A program made the translations under genes and the position numbers. 64,000 nt of DNA from Candidatus Micrarchaeota archaeon (GTDB taxonomy: Archaea; Micrarchaeota; Micrarchaeia; Micrarchaeales; CABMGC01), in NCBI GenBank assembly GCA_021797995.1, contig JAJZYR010000001.1, positions 6,114-70,113 on the forward strand. The letters are read 5' to 3'. The notes beneath the pieces were generated by a model. The model ran no database searches, was not told where the DNA came from, and saw only the letters and a list, made by a program, of their open reading frames with translations. Below, one piece after another: positions 19,098-28,163 of the stretch (position 1 is its first letter; every line of letters begins with the position of its first letter).

Positions 19098-21218
19098 ATG
19101 CAGTTGGAAGAGCTGAGAGGCAGGATTCCCGATGAGTTCATTGAAGCAGCAGCGGCGCAGGGAATCACGGCCCTCACGCCACCGCAGGAGCTCGCAGTGG
19201 AGAATGGACTCCTTGACGGCAAGAGCTTCGTTGTCGCGGCGCCTACTGCAAGCGGAAAGACGCTGATAGCGGAGATGGCGATAATAAAATCGGCAATCGA
19301 GAGGAAGAGGAAGGCAGTATACGTAGCGCCTATGCGTGCCCTTGTCAGCGAAAAGTTCGCCGACTTCAGGAGATTTTACCCGTCCCTCAGAATTGCTATG
19401 TCTATAGGCGACCTTGACGCGCTCGACCAGTGGCTTACGGAGTACGACATAGTGCTGGCCTCGACAGAGAAGCTTGACAGCCTTATAAGGCACGGCGCAG
19501 GGTGGCTCGGCGAGGCCGGATGCCTGGTCTTCGATGAGGTGCACATGCTTGGAGACCAGGGCAGGGGGCCGACCCTTGAGATACTCATGACGAGGCTGAG
19601 GAGGCTCTGCAAGGATGCACAGATGCTGGCGCTCAGCGCAACGGTAGGAAATTCCGGTGAGCTCGCTGGATGGCTGAACGCCGAGCTCGTCGAAAGCGAC
19701 TACAGGCCCGTGGCCCTTGAGAAAGGGGTGGAGTTCGGTTCGGTGATACACTACGGCGACAGGGAGGAGAAGTTATCCGGCACCCACAAGCTGCCGGAAC
19801 TGAGGATAACGCAGGACACGCTTGAGAAGAAGAAGCAGATACTGCTCTTCTATAGTACCAAGAGAAACGCAGAATCTGGTGCGGAGAAACTCGGCGAGGT
19901 CGTTTCCGGATGCCTGTCCTCTGCCGAGAGGAAAGCACTGGAGTCCCTGAGCAAGACAGCAGTAAGCGCACTCGACAGCCCCACGGCGCAATGCGAGAAG
20001 CTTGGAAGGGCCATCAGGAATGGCGTCGCATTCCATCACAGCGGCCTGGTGAACGAGCAGAGGAAGCTTGTTGAGGACGCCTTCAGGCAGGGGCTGCTGA
20101 AGGCGCTATGCTCTACCACCACTCTTGGAATCGGAGTCAACCTCCCGGCGCACACGGTGGTCGTCAGGGATACGAGCAGGTACAGCGAGGCCGGCGGCGC
20201 GGAAAGAATCGGGGTGAACGAGGTAACGCAGCTCTTCGGGCGGGCTGGCAGGCCCAAGTACGACAAATCCGGCAGGGCCCTTCTCATAGCAAGGTCAGGA
20301 GACGAGATCACAGACCTTTATGACAGGTACATAGCAGGAGAACTCGAACCCATCGTCTCCAAGCTGGGCGTGAAGCCGATTCTGAGGACGCACGTGCTTG
20401 CATTCGTCGCAACGCGCTTCCTTACAAACGAGGACTCCATCCTGGGATTCCTCAGCGAAACGCTCTACGGATACCAGTACTCCAGCCTGTCTGAGCTCAG
20501 GGAGATAACAAGGGAGGTGCTCGGCGAGCTGGAGAAGTGGGGATTTCTCGAGAAGAGGGGAAGCGTATACTCCACAACAAGACTTGGCGGGAGGGTCAGC
20601 GAGCTTTACATAGACCCGCTTTCCGCCAGATGGATACTGGATTCGCTCATGAAGGAGAGGGATGACACCGCAAACCTCTTCATGTTGGCAAACACTGTCG
20701 AGATGCGGCCATATGTCAGGGAGACCGAGGATGCTGCCGAGGCATTCATGCACTACCAGTACATGCTCTCCGGCAACAGCGTCAATTACGACTCTGAAGA
20801 GCTTTTGTTCTATGACCCGATAAAGCCGCTGAGCACGGCACTCATGCTGCGCAGATGGATAAATGAGACTCCTGAGAGGGAGCTCACGCAGGCATACAGA
20901 ACCACACCTGGAGCAATCTACGCAAAGGTCACCAATGCGGACTGGCTGCTTTACGCCTGCACTGAACTTGGAAAGATTGCAAGGGTAAATACGCGGCCGC
21001 TGCTTGAACTCAGGATAAGGATGAAGTATGGGATAAAGAAGGAGCTGGTCGACCTGGTAAGGCTGCGGCAGGTGGGGCGGGCGAGGGCAAGGCTCTTGTA
21101 CGACAATGGCATAAGGAGCGTTGCTGACCTCAGGAAGGAGGGCGCGGCAACGAGGGCCGAGCTGCTCTTTGGAAAGGAAATTTCAAAGATAATACTCGAG
21201 CAGGTGAAGACGCTATGA
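19098..21218 (+). CDS. hel308: Ski2-like ATP-dependent DNA helicase Hel308
   Basis: APTASGKT, DEVH, LSAT, AFHHSGL, GRAGRP, C-terminal HhH (VGRARARLL). Confidence 0.95.
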   Translation: MQLEELRGRIPDEFIEAAAAQGITALTPPQELAVENGLLDGKSFVVAAPTASGKTLIAEMAIIKSAIERKRKAVYVAPMRALVSEKFADFRRFYPSLRIAMSIGDLDALDQWLTEYDIVLASTEKLDSLIRHGAGWLGEAGCLVFDEVHMLGDQGRGPTLEILMTRLRRLCKDAQMLALSATVGNSGELAGWLNAELVESDYRPVALEKGVEFGSVIHYGDREEKLSGTHKLPELRITQDTLEKKKQILLFYSTKRNAESGAEKLGEVVSGCLSSAERKALESLSKTAVSALDSPTAQCEKLGRAIRNGVAFHHSGLVNEQRKLVEDAFRQGLLKALCSTTTLGIGVNLPAHTVVVRDTSRYSEAGGAERIGVNEVTQLFGRAGRPKYDKSGRALLIARSGDEITDLYDRYIAGELEPIVSKLGVKPILRTHVLAFVATRFLTNEDSILGFLSETLYGYQYSSLSELREITREVLGELEKWGFLEKRGSVYSTTRLGGRVSELYIDPLSARWILDSLMKERDDTANLFMLANTVEMRPYVRETEDAAEAFMHYQYMLSGNSVNYDSEELLFYDPIKPLSTALMLRRWINETPERELTQAYRTTPGAIYAKVTNADWLLYACTELGKIARVNTRPLLELRIRMKYGIKKELVDLVRLRQVGRARARLLYDNGIRSVADLRKEGAATRAELLFGKEISKIILEQVKTL

Positions 21219-21485
21219 GTCCATACGAAGCCACAAGGCTCGCATACGACAGGATAGCCAGGGGCGTGGGCGCTCAAGAATTTCGGGGCATCAGGAATGG
21301 ATGATGAAGTTGGGAGGTTCCTGGATTACGTAAAGGCAGGGAAGACGATACTTGATGCGGGCTGTGGCCCAGGCAGGTACACAAAGCAGTTCATGGAGAG
21401 GGGGTATGAGGCCATAGGAATAGACTTCCCGAGCAATATGCCTGAGGAGGCCATGAGACTCGTGCCCGGGGGAAGTCCCGGCTAG
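21215..21485 (+). pseudogene. Class I SAM-dependent methyltransferase fragment (frameshifted and truncated)
   Basis: ATG at 21215 gives MSPYEATRLAYDRIA in one frame; ILDAGCGPGR...GIDF in another frame, ending in a stop at 21485. Confidence 0.7.
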
Positions 21486-21667
21486 AGGATGTGCTCGACT
21501 CGCACATAAAGAGGCTCACGAACACGCGGATTGTAGTGTTCGCCTAGGCGCAGAAATTGGATTTCCAGAGTGTTTTGTGTGTCCGCCACAAAACGACGAC
21601 GGCAGAAAGATTTATATAAACGCCGTTCGTAGTACTCTCCAGACCAAAAAGGCGATTGGTGATAAAA

Positions 21668-22039
21668 ATGGGAGTTTTTGACAAACTAGGACAGGCATTT
21701 GGCTCGGCCAAAGAGATAAACGTGGAAGATTACATGAACTCGGTGGAAATGGATGACGTCGATCTGCTCCATGAACCGGCAGATATGTACATAAAGCCGG
21801 TATCGATAGCAAGCGAGGATGACGTCAAACCTATCGAGGAGGAACTTGCAAAGAAGAACATAATCCTCCTTGACATGACAGAGCTCAACAAGAGACCCAC
21901 GACCAGGGGCAATGTGGTAACTGAGCTGAAGAGGTACGTTGACAAGATAAACGGCGACATCGGCCAGATAGACGCCAACAGGGTACTGATCACGCCTGCG
22001 AAGGTAAAGATCGTAAAGAGAAAGAAGTCGGGAAAGTAA
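21668..22039 (+). CDS. sepF: Cell division protein SepF
   Basis: MGVFDKL amphipathic N-terminus; NIILLDM...GDIGQI...VLITP. Confidence 0.88.
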   Translation: MGVFDKLGQAFGSAKEINVEDYMNSVEMDDVDLLHEPADMYIKPVSIASEDDVKPIEEELAKKNIILLDMTELNKRPTTRGNVVTELKRYVDKINGDIGQIDANRVLITPAKVKIVKRKKSGK

Positions 22040-22163
22040 GCGTGCAGCTGGGCGCAATCGCATGCGCATGCCAGGCGCGCCGCCGCAGGAGCTTGCGCCT
22101 ACTACAGGATTTGGTCCTCATGCGGATCCGGATCGGGGTCCGCGCCGTTTAGAGGCAAGCGGT

Positions 22164-22856
22164 TTACTTTAGTGCAGTAATCAGCGAATGCACCTCCCGC
22201 CTGGTCGGCTGCGCGCTGAATATAAGTCTTTTGAATGCATTCATCACGGCGCGCCTGTTCCTTATCTTCTTCCTGCTTATCAGCTCCCGAAATGTTGAGA
22301 ATAGGAACTCCAGCTCCTTCCTGTCCGGATCTTCGGCTGTGGCCTCTTCCTTTATCCCTGAAAATCCGGCCTTCGTGAAGGCGTATAAGAGGACGGCAAG
22401 GGCGTGGGATACGTTTAGGACAGGATAGCCGGGATTCGCCCCTATATGGACAAGCATGTCGCACTTCTCAAGCTCCTCGGTGCTGAGCCCGGTTCCCTCC
22501 CTTCCCAGTACGACTCCTACAATGCCGCTCTTCCTTATTCTTGACTTATTGATCTTTGCTATTGCATCGTCCAGCAGGAGGAGATTCCTGAAGTTCCTCC
22601 TCGCCTTTTCCCTTATGCCTGTCGTTCCCACGACCACGCTGCAGTCTCTTATCGCATCATCAAGGCTGCTGAACACGGTTGCCCCGAGAAGAAGGTCCTT
22701 TGCGTGCTTTGAGTACATTATCGCCCTCTTTCCCCCCTTGTCTGCTATGGGATTGACAAGCGCTAAACCCCCTACTCCGAAGTTCTCTGAGACCCTTGCA
22801 ATGTAGCCCAGGTTCAGCTGGTATCTCGGCTCCACGACTATTACCTTAAGCCTCAG
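22164..22856 (-). CDS. trmJ: SPOUT tRNA methyltransferase TrmJ family; probable CTG start
   Basis: VIVVEPRYQLNLGYIARVSENFG, LGREGTGLS, YPVLNVSHA. Confidence 0.88.
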   Translation of the reverse strand: MRLKVIVVEPRYQLNLGYIARVSENFGVGGLALVNPIADKGGKRAIMYSKHAKDLLLGATVFSSLDDAIRDCSVVVGTTGIREKARRNFRNLLLLDDAIAKINKSRIRKSGIVGVVLGREGTGLSTEELEKCDMLVHIGANPGYPVLNVSHALAVLLYAFTKAGFSGIKEEATAEDPDRKELEFLFSTFRELISRKKIRNRRAVMNAFKRLIFSAQPTRREVHSLITALK

Positions 22857-23548
22857 ACGACCACCGAGAACAGGATGAGAAGGGAGATTGAGTTCAGCAG
22901 TATGTGCGCTATTATAGACGGGTAAAGCGAATTCGTCTTCTTGTACACGTAGCCGCTTATCAGCCCGAATACGAATGCGGCGATGACCTCTATGCCGAAG
23001 GTTGAGTTGTATGTAAAGTGGGCGAGGCCGAAGATCGCAGCGCTTGCCAGGATTCCGACCCTTGGAACCAGGAATCCGCGGAAGAACACCTCCTCGTTTA
23101 TCGGAGCAATTATCGCTGAGAAAACCAGGAACCAGGCAGGCGCAGAGCCGAAGATCGCAGCTACATTGGAGCTTATATGGACCCCGGTTGCATAAGAGGC
23201 AACGGCTACAATTACCTCCAATGTGAGGAGGATCGCCAGGATCAGAAAGCCAAGAAGGACATTGGAGATCCGTATGCTGCCCTTCCCGAGCCCGAGCATC
23301 GACGGTATCCTTACTGGTTTGAGCCTTTTGTACAGGAGGAAGTAATAAAGCACCGAGAGCGAAAAGGACATCGAGAGCGATGCTGCCGAGTCATACTCAA
23401 GGCTGCTGTAGCTCATGGCCCCGGTAGAGTAGAGGTATGCCCATGGGATGCTGAGTATAAGCAGTAGTACTGCAAAGATCAGTAGGAAGATGGAGACTGG
23501 CCTTGCCAGACCTGCGCCGTCGCCCCGCCCTGATTTTTTGGCCCCCAA
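22853..23548 (-). CDS. CPBP (Abi/CAAX) family intramembrane protease
   Basis: EEVFFRG, FGLAH, HxxxN motifs; multiple TM helices. Confidence 0.9.
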   Translation of the reverse strand: MGAKKSGRGDGAGLARPVSIFLLIFAVLLLILSIPWAYLYSTGAMSYSSLEYDSAASLSMSFSLSVLYYFLLYKRLKPVRIPSMLGLGKGSIRISNVLLGFLILAILLTLEVIVAVASYATGVHISSNVAAIFGSAPAWFLVFSAIIAPINEEVFFRGFLVPRVGILASAAIFGLAHFTYNSTFGIEVIAAFVFGLISGYVYKKTNSLYPSIIAHILLNSISLLILFSVVV

Positions 23549-23561
23549 TCAGACCCAACCT

Positions 23562-23720
23562 CTACTTGTTAGCCTTCCATTCTGTGTATTTGCACCTTCC
23601 GCATGCAAACCTGTCCTTGTGGTCCGCCATCCTCGCACCGCACTTCGAGCAGAACTTTGCCGCAGGCTTATAGGCTTTGATGCTCTTCTTCTTCGCATGC
23701 TGCACTGCTTTATCCTCCAT
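23562..23720 (-). CDS. rps27ae: 30S ribosomal protein S27ae (missing from the ORF track)
   Basis: Hand-translated 52 aa MEDKAVQ...FCSKCGARMADHKDRFACGRCKYTEW; follows rps24e. Confidence 0.93.
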   Translation of the reverse strand: MEDKAVQHAKKKSIKAYKPAAKFCSKCGARMADHKDRFACGRCKYTEWKANK

Positions 23721-23730
23721 GTCTACACCA

Positions 23731-24063
23731 TCATTCCTTCTTCTCAGCCGTCGGAGCCCCTGCCGCAGCTGCAGGAGACGCGTCTGCCGGCTTCTTCGGC
23801 TTCTTCTCCTTGTACTTCTTCGCGAACCTGTCCATCGACTCCTTTGAACCGTATGAGTATGCGGTAATCTTGCTAACCCTGAGCCCGTACTCCTGGTCTA
23901 TCCTTATAATGTCAAGCGTATCCGGGCTGAGGCCTAGCTTCTTGCATATGCCCTCCCTAATCTCGTCGCGTGTGGGCGTCTTGCCCTCATAGCTCGCTTC
24001 TATTGAGAGCTCGTGCCTCCCGAAGAGCTTGTTCTCTTTATCTTCAAGCAGTTTCAATTCCAT
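23731..24063 (-). CDS. rps24e: 30S ribosomal protein S24e
   Basis: DKENKLFGRHE, TPTRDEIR. Confidence 0.92.
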   Translation of the reverse strand: MELKLLEDKENKLFGRHELSIEASYEGKTPTRDEIREGICKKLGLSPDTLDIIRIDQEYGLRVSKITAYSYGSKESMDRFAKKYKEKKPKKPADASPAAAAGAPTAEKKE

Positions 24064-24064
24064 C

Positions 24065-24469
24065 TCATTGACCTCCTGATATCCTTGATATTGCCTTCCT
24101 TCCCATCGTCTCTATTATCTCGACTTCAGCTCCTGCCTTTATTGAGTCCCTGAACTCCTCCTGTATCGGCACGTCGAACGTGTCATAAGTGTCGAGATCC
24201 ATGAGCTGTGCCGTCGTGCCGGCGATTGACACCACCTGCGCCTTCTTCTTGCTGATGATCGGAACCTCTATATCGGCATGGCTTGGGGCGAGCATCGTCC
24301 TCTTCGCACCGTCGAAGACGCCTACTGCGGTGACCCGTACCTTCGCCGCCCCATGCTTTCCAGGGGCCGAAAAGTCGAGCTCCACGACCTTGCACGGAAT
24401 CCCGTCGATCAGTATATACTTTCCAGGCTTCACTTCTTTCATTGAGGAATACATTATGTCTTCCGGCAT
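24065..24469 (-). CDS. eif5a: Translation factor aIF5A
   Basis: Hypusine motif PGKHGAAK. Confidence 0.96.
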   Translation of the reverse strand: MPEDIMYSSMKEVKPGKYILIDGIPCKVVELDFSAPGKHGAAKVRVTAVGVFDGAKRTMLAPSHADIEVPIISKKKAQVVSIAGTTAQLMDLDTYDTFDVPIQEEFRDSIKAGAEVEIIETMGRKAISRISGGQ

Positions 24470-24573
24470 TATATCAACATTAGCCTGGATGGAATAAAAG
24501 CTAAGGCCCTTCAGAATATTATGTATAGAAATGAATATAAATAGAGTGGAGGTATCTGCTATACGGCCCTCTT

Positions 24574-24858
24574 ATGGGAATAAGCATTATGCTTGGATCC
24601 TTGTATGCATTTGGCATATCCGCCGCCCAGTATGCAGGCTCCGCTGCGGAGCGCGGATACATACTTACTGGCCAGGTATCCATCGCTGCCGGCATTGCGT
24701 TTCTGGTGTTCCTCCCGCTGTCGATAGTGTTGCTGACCCTGTCCCTGCTGACCAAGAATGACGAGCATGGAAGGGATAGAAAGAGAACATTAAGGAGGAT
24801 AACCTTCGTGCTGCTCTCCCTTACGGTGCTCAGCTTCCTGATGGTCGTATTTGCATGA
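24574..24858 (+). CDS. Small hypothetical membrane protein
   Basis: 94 aa with 2-3 hydrophobic segments; AT-rich TATA-like sequence upstream. Confidence 0.55.
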   Translation: MGISIMLGSLYAFGISAAQYAGSAAERGYILTGQVSIAAGIAFLVFLPLSIVLLTLSLLTKNDEHGRDRKRTLRRITFVLLSLTVLSFLMVVFA

Positions 24859-24881
24859 GTTGTTGCTTGCATCTCCATGCC

Positions 24882-24971
24882 GACTATAACTCCGAGCATC
24901 AGCAAGACGGGCTTAAGATTCATCAACGTCACCGCATACTTCCAGGCAGTCGTGGCCTAATCACGATGGCA
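24882..24971. repeat. 90-bp perfect direct repeat, copy 1
   Basis: gactataactccgagcatc...cctaatcacgatggca, identical to 26938-27027. Confidence 0.95.
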
Positions 24972-25079
24972 AGGGGCCGCGTGCTATAGAGTATCTCAAA
25001 ATAACAAAATACTGTAACTGATCTGCTCAAAAGGAAAATAGTTATATACGAGAAAATTCAAAACTGGTAGTGTGAAGAG

Positions 25080-26615
25080 ATGGGCGTTGAATCCAATAGA
25101 ATATCATCTGGTGTACCGCGTGTACCGTCATCTGGTGTGCCGCCGATTTGTAATCTATTACGAGGAACAGGCTCAGATCTTAGCCGTAGGGGTGTATGGC
25201 AACGACGACCCCTACAGAGTCCAGATCGGTTGGATTTGGAAAGAAGTCCCGAAGCATATATTGAACGCGAAATACCTGGAGAAGTGAGTCTGCCTAAGCC
25301 GATTAGCCTTATTCCAGGATACCCCCTTAAGGAGGTATTCTATCAAAGGGAACCGGTATCGATGTACAGGGATGTGTGGGAACCAGAGGGGAATTGCAGG
25401 AAGAGCCCGGTATGGGTATTCTTCGATAATATCCACGTTGCATCTATTACAACAGAGGGGGAATCGCGCATTGGGTTTACTTCAAAGACACAGGACACTT
25501 TCTTATCTAGATACTTCACTCCAAGAGAAATTCTTCTCCTTACGCTGGCAATGGCGCCGCAAATGCCGCTAAGAGATCGGATAGCAGAAGCTGCAGGCAT
25601 ATCGACAGATAGACTTGAAAATGCACAGCAGCTCGTAACAAGATATCAGGATTTGCGCGATAGGCTTGTCTTTAGACTCCAACCGGTAAGGACCATAGAT
25701 TATCAATATGCTATAGATAACATATTCTATGAAAGTGGGGAAGTAAGCGTATCGAATTCCTCTAGCAAGGATAATCCAAATCCGTCTTATGTGCGGATCT
25801 GCTTTGGAAAAGAGGTCGTTGCCATAATAGATATAGACCCAGAAACAGGAAGAATTAGAGGTATGTCGGAGGGGAAGAGAAACCTTCTGATTATTGCCTT
25901 GGATACTGCAAAGGACATGCCTTTTAGGGATGACATTATAAAAGTACTGGACGTAACCGGAGATGAATTAGCAGGGGCAGGGGTGCTGCGTGAGAAGTAT
26001 GAAGAGTACAAAAGCAGGCATAGTAGGGTTACACCAACGCGCGAGACGCTAGAATGGGGGAGCATGACCGATCCAAAAGAGCATAATCCAGACTATTTTG
26101 CTTATATAGTACATGGTTTGTCTGGTGATTCTAATCACAGTCAACAAAGGCTTGTTGATCTTTATGCGCTAAGGGATGGCGAAGAAATTGCCACAAGTTA
26201 TGAAAATCCGCTGGCCAAGCCCGAACTTTTCGTTACTAGAAGCCACATCTCCTGCTCTCTTATAACTCAAGACTACCATAACTTATGGATGAATAAGGGT
26301 GGATTGATACTAAAAGTGCCGAGAGAGAACATAAGGAAGGCGGCACCGGAAGACTTAGGGACAGTTTCTGTTGGAGATGAGTATGATGCTTACCTGCCAG
26401 ATCCGGCATGGGTACTTCATGGAGGGCTTAATGAGGTAAGTATAGCTGGTGTAAATAAGCAGGCCGGTACGCAGATAGAGATCGAAGGGGGTATAATCAT
26501 TGTTGATCCGCTTACAGGTGCTCCTGTAGATAAGGAGCTAGCACGCAATGTGAGGCTCTTCTGCGAGAAGCTGGGCCTGCCTGTAATAGAACTGGGGGAT
26601 AATATAGCGCTCTGA
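25080..26615 (+). CDS. Hypothetical protein: two ~120-aa internal repeats plus putative ADP-ribosyltransferase-like C-terminal domain
   Basis: 511-aa ORF in an AT-richer segment; YIVHG...ISCSLI...GLILKVPxxNI...NEV pattern. Confidence 0.6.
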   Translation: MGVESNRISSGVPRVPSSGVPPICNLLRGTGSDLSRRGVWQRRPLQSPDRLDLERSPEAYIEREIPGEVSLPKPISLIPGYPLKEVFYQREPVSMYRDVWEPEGNCRKSPVWVFFDNIHVASITTEGESRIGFTSKTQDTFLSRYFTPREILLLTLAMAPQMPLRDRIAEAAGISTDRLENAQQLVTRYQDLRDRLVFRLQPVRTIDYQYAIDNIFYESGEVSVSNSSSKDNPNPSYVRICFGKEVVAIIDIDPETGRIRGMSEGKRNLLIIALDTAKDMPFRDDIIKVLDVTGDELAGAGVLREKYEEYKSRHSRVTPTRETLEWGSMTDPKEHNPDYFAYIVHGLSGDSNHSQQRLVDLYALRDGEEIATSYENPLAKPELFVTRSHISCSLITQDYHNLWMNKGGLILKVPRENIRKAAPEDLGTVSVGDEYDAYLPDPAWVLHGGLNEVSIAGVNKQAGTQIEIEGGIIIVDPLTGAPVDKELARNVRLFCEKLGLPVIELGDNIAL

Positions 26616-26655
26616 ATCGGGGCTGGTGGCGGTGTAAAGTCCGGCAGAAGCCTGC

Positions 26656-26988
26656 TTACCTGTACGACGTCGATGGAGGCTCGCTCTTTGCCTGTTTCTG
26701 CTTTGGAGGGGCAGTTGGCCTCTGGCGCATTATGTATGCCCTCTGCATAAAGTCGAGATGCTGGCCGAACAGCATGATGCGTATTATTATGGCGGCGATG
26801 ACCAGCCAGAACGACTCCCAAAAGGTTATCGTTATAGGCGTTCCGAGAAGCTTCCATGAGTAAAGGAGGTAGAAGACATAGTTGAGCGCAAACATGAGGA
26901 GGAAGGGTCCGAGGAACAGGAGCAGGAGTATGGCCATGACTATAACTCCGAGCATCAGCAAGACGGGCTTAAGATTCATCAACGTCAC
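26656..26988 (-). CDS. Small hypothetical membrane protein
   Basis: 110 aa, strongly hydrophobic, PITITFWESFWL segment; first 17 codons lie inside repeat copy 2. Confidence 0.65.
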   Translation of the reverse strand: MTLMNLKPVLLMLGVIVMAILLLLFLGPFLLMFALNYVFYLLYSWKLLGTPITITFWESFWLVIAAIIIRIMLFGQHLDFMQRAYIMRQRPTAPPKQKQAKSEPPSTSYR

Positions 26989-27027
26989 CGCATACTTCCA
27001 GGCAGTCGTGGCCTAATCACGATGGCA
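26938..27027. repeat. 90-bp perfect direct repeat, copy 2
   Basis: Identical to 24882-24971. Confidence 0.95.
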
Positions 27028-27073
27028 GCCGGCATGGACTTCCCCATGCCCGGGCCAGGATAATGAGGATGTG

Positions 27074-28093
27074 TTAGTAGAGCCTGTCCATCGACTCTAT
27101 GGCCATGGCAGAACCAGTCTCACGCTCCCGCTTCACTCCGAACTTTGCCTTCACTCCGGTAATAACTGACATGACGCGTATCTGGTCGGCAAGCTCAGGC
27201 ATCATCCTCGCCCCGAATATTACGTTTGCATCAGGCGCAAGCGATTCCGTCACTCCTTCACCTATCCTTGTGGCGTCGCTTATCGTGAGATTCGTGCCTC
27301 CTACGACATGTATCAGGCCGCCCTTTGCCCCTTCATAGTCTACATTGAGCAGCGGATGCATGCGCGTGGACCTTATTGCTTGCTCCACCCTGTCATGCCC
27401 GCTTCCCATTCCAAGGCTTATCACAGCCGTCCCTGTGTCCTTGACGACATTCCTGAGGTCGGCAAAGTCAAGATTGATCAGGCTTGGAAGCGTTATTGTA
27501 TCAGATATGCCCTTTACCGCATTTCCAGTTATGTTGTCAACGAGCTCAAATGCGCGCTCTATCGGCAGATTTGGCACATAAGAGAGAAGCTGGTCATTCT
27601 CTATCACTATCGTGCAGTCAGCCTGCTTCTGCAGCTGCTCAAGGCCCCAGTCGGCCTTCTGCTTCCTGGATCTCTCGAGCGCGAATGGATATGTGACTGT
27701 TGCTATGACCGTTGCTCCAAGCTCCCTTGCGACGTTTGCGACCGTAGGCGCAGCTCCGGTGCCTGTTCCGCCTCCCATGCCTGCCGCAATAAAGACGAGA
27801 TTGTAGTTGGCAAGCGCAGCTTCGAGCTCCTTCCTTGACATATCCGCGCATTTTGCAGCCACTTCGGGGAAGCCTCCTGCACCGAGCCCCTGTGTAATCT
27901 CCTTGCCTATGAGTATCTTCTTGTGGGCCTTTATCATGTTAAGATGCCCGACGTCCGTATTTACGGCTATAGTGTCCGCGCTCTTTATGTTGTGCGAATA
28001 CAGTCTGTTCACCAAGTTGCTGCCCTGCCCGCCGACACCCACTACCGCTATCTTTGGCGAGAAGGCGTCATAATCAAACTGATTTTCTCCCAT
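27074..28093 (-). CDS. ftsZ: Cell division protein FtsZ (paralog B)
   Basis: GVGGQGSN, GLGAGG, GGGTGTG, INLDFAD. Confidence 0.96.
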   Translation of the reverse strand: MGENQFDYDAFSPKIAVVGVGGQGSNLVNRLYSHNIKSADTIAVNTDVGHLNMIKAHKKILIGKEITQGLGAGGFPEVAAKCADMSRKELEAALANYNLVFIAAGMGGGTGTGAAPTVANVARELGATVIATVTYPFALERSRKQKADWGLEQLQKQADCTIVIENDQLLSYVPNLPIERAFELVDNITGNAVKGISDTITLPSLINLDFADLRNVVKDTGTAVISLGMGSGHDRVEQAIRSTRMHPLLNVDYEGAKGGLIHVVGGTNLTISDATRIGEGVTESLAPDANVIFGARMMPELADQIRVMSVITGVKAKFGVKRERETGSAMAIESMDRLY

Positions 28094-28163
28094 TTGGTCA
28101 CCGATTAAGCATGAAGGCAGCAATAAAGAGAGCTGCCAAAGCAAAATCCTGCAATTAAACCAG

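Noticed and set aside
24519..24932. 137-aa minus-strand ORF sharing its first 17 aa with the 110-aa membrane protein
   Set aside because: The shared start comes only from the 90-bp repeat; the rest is antisense to the more plausible 24574-24858 gene.
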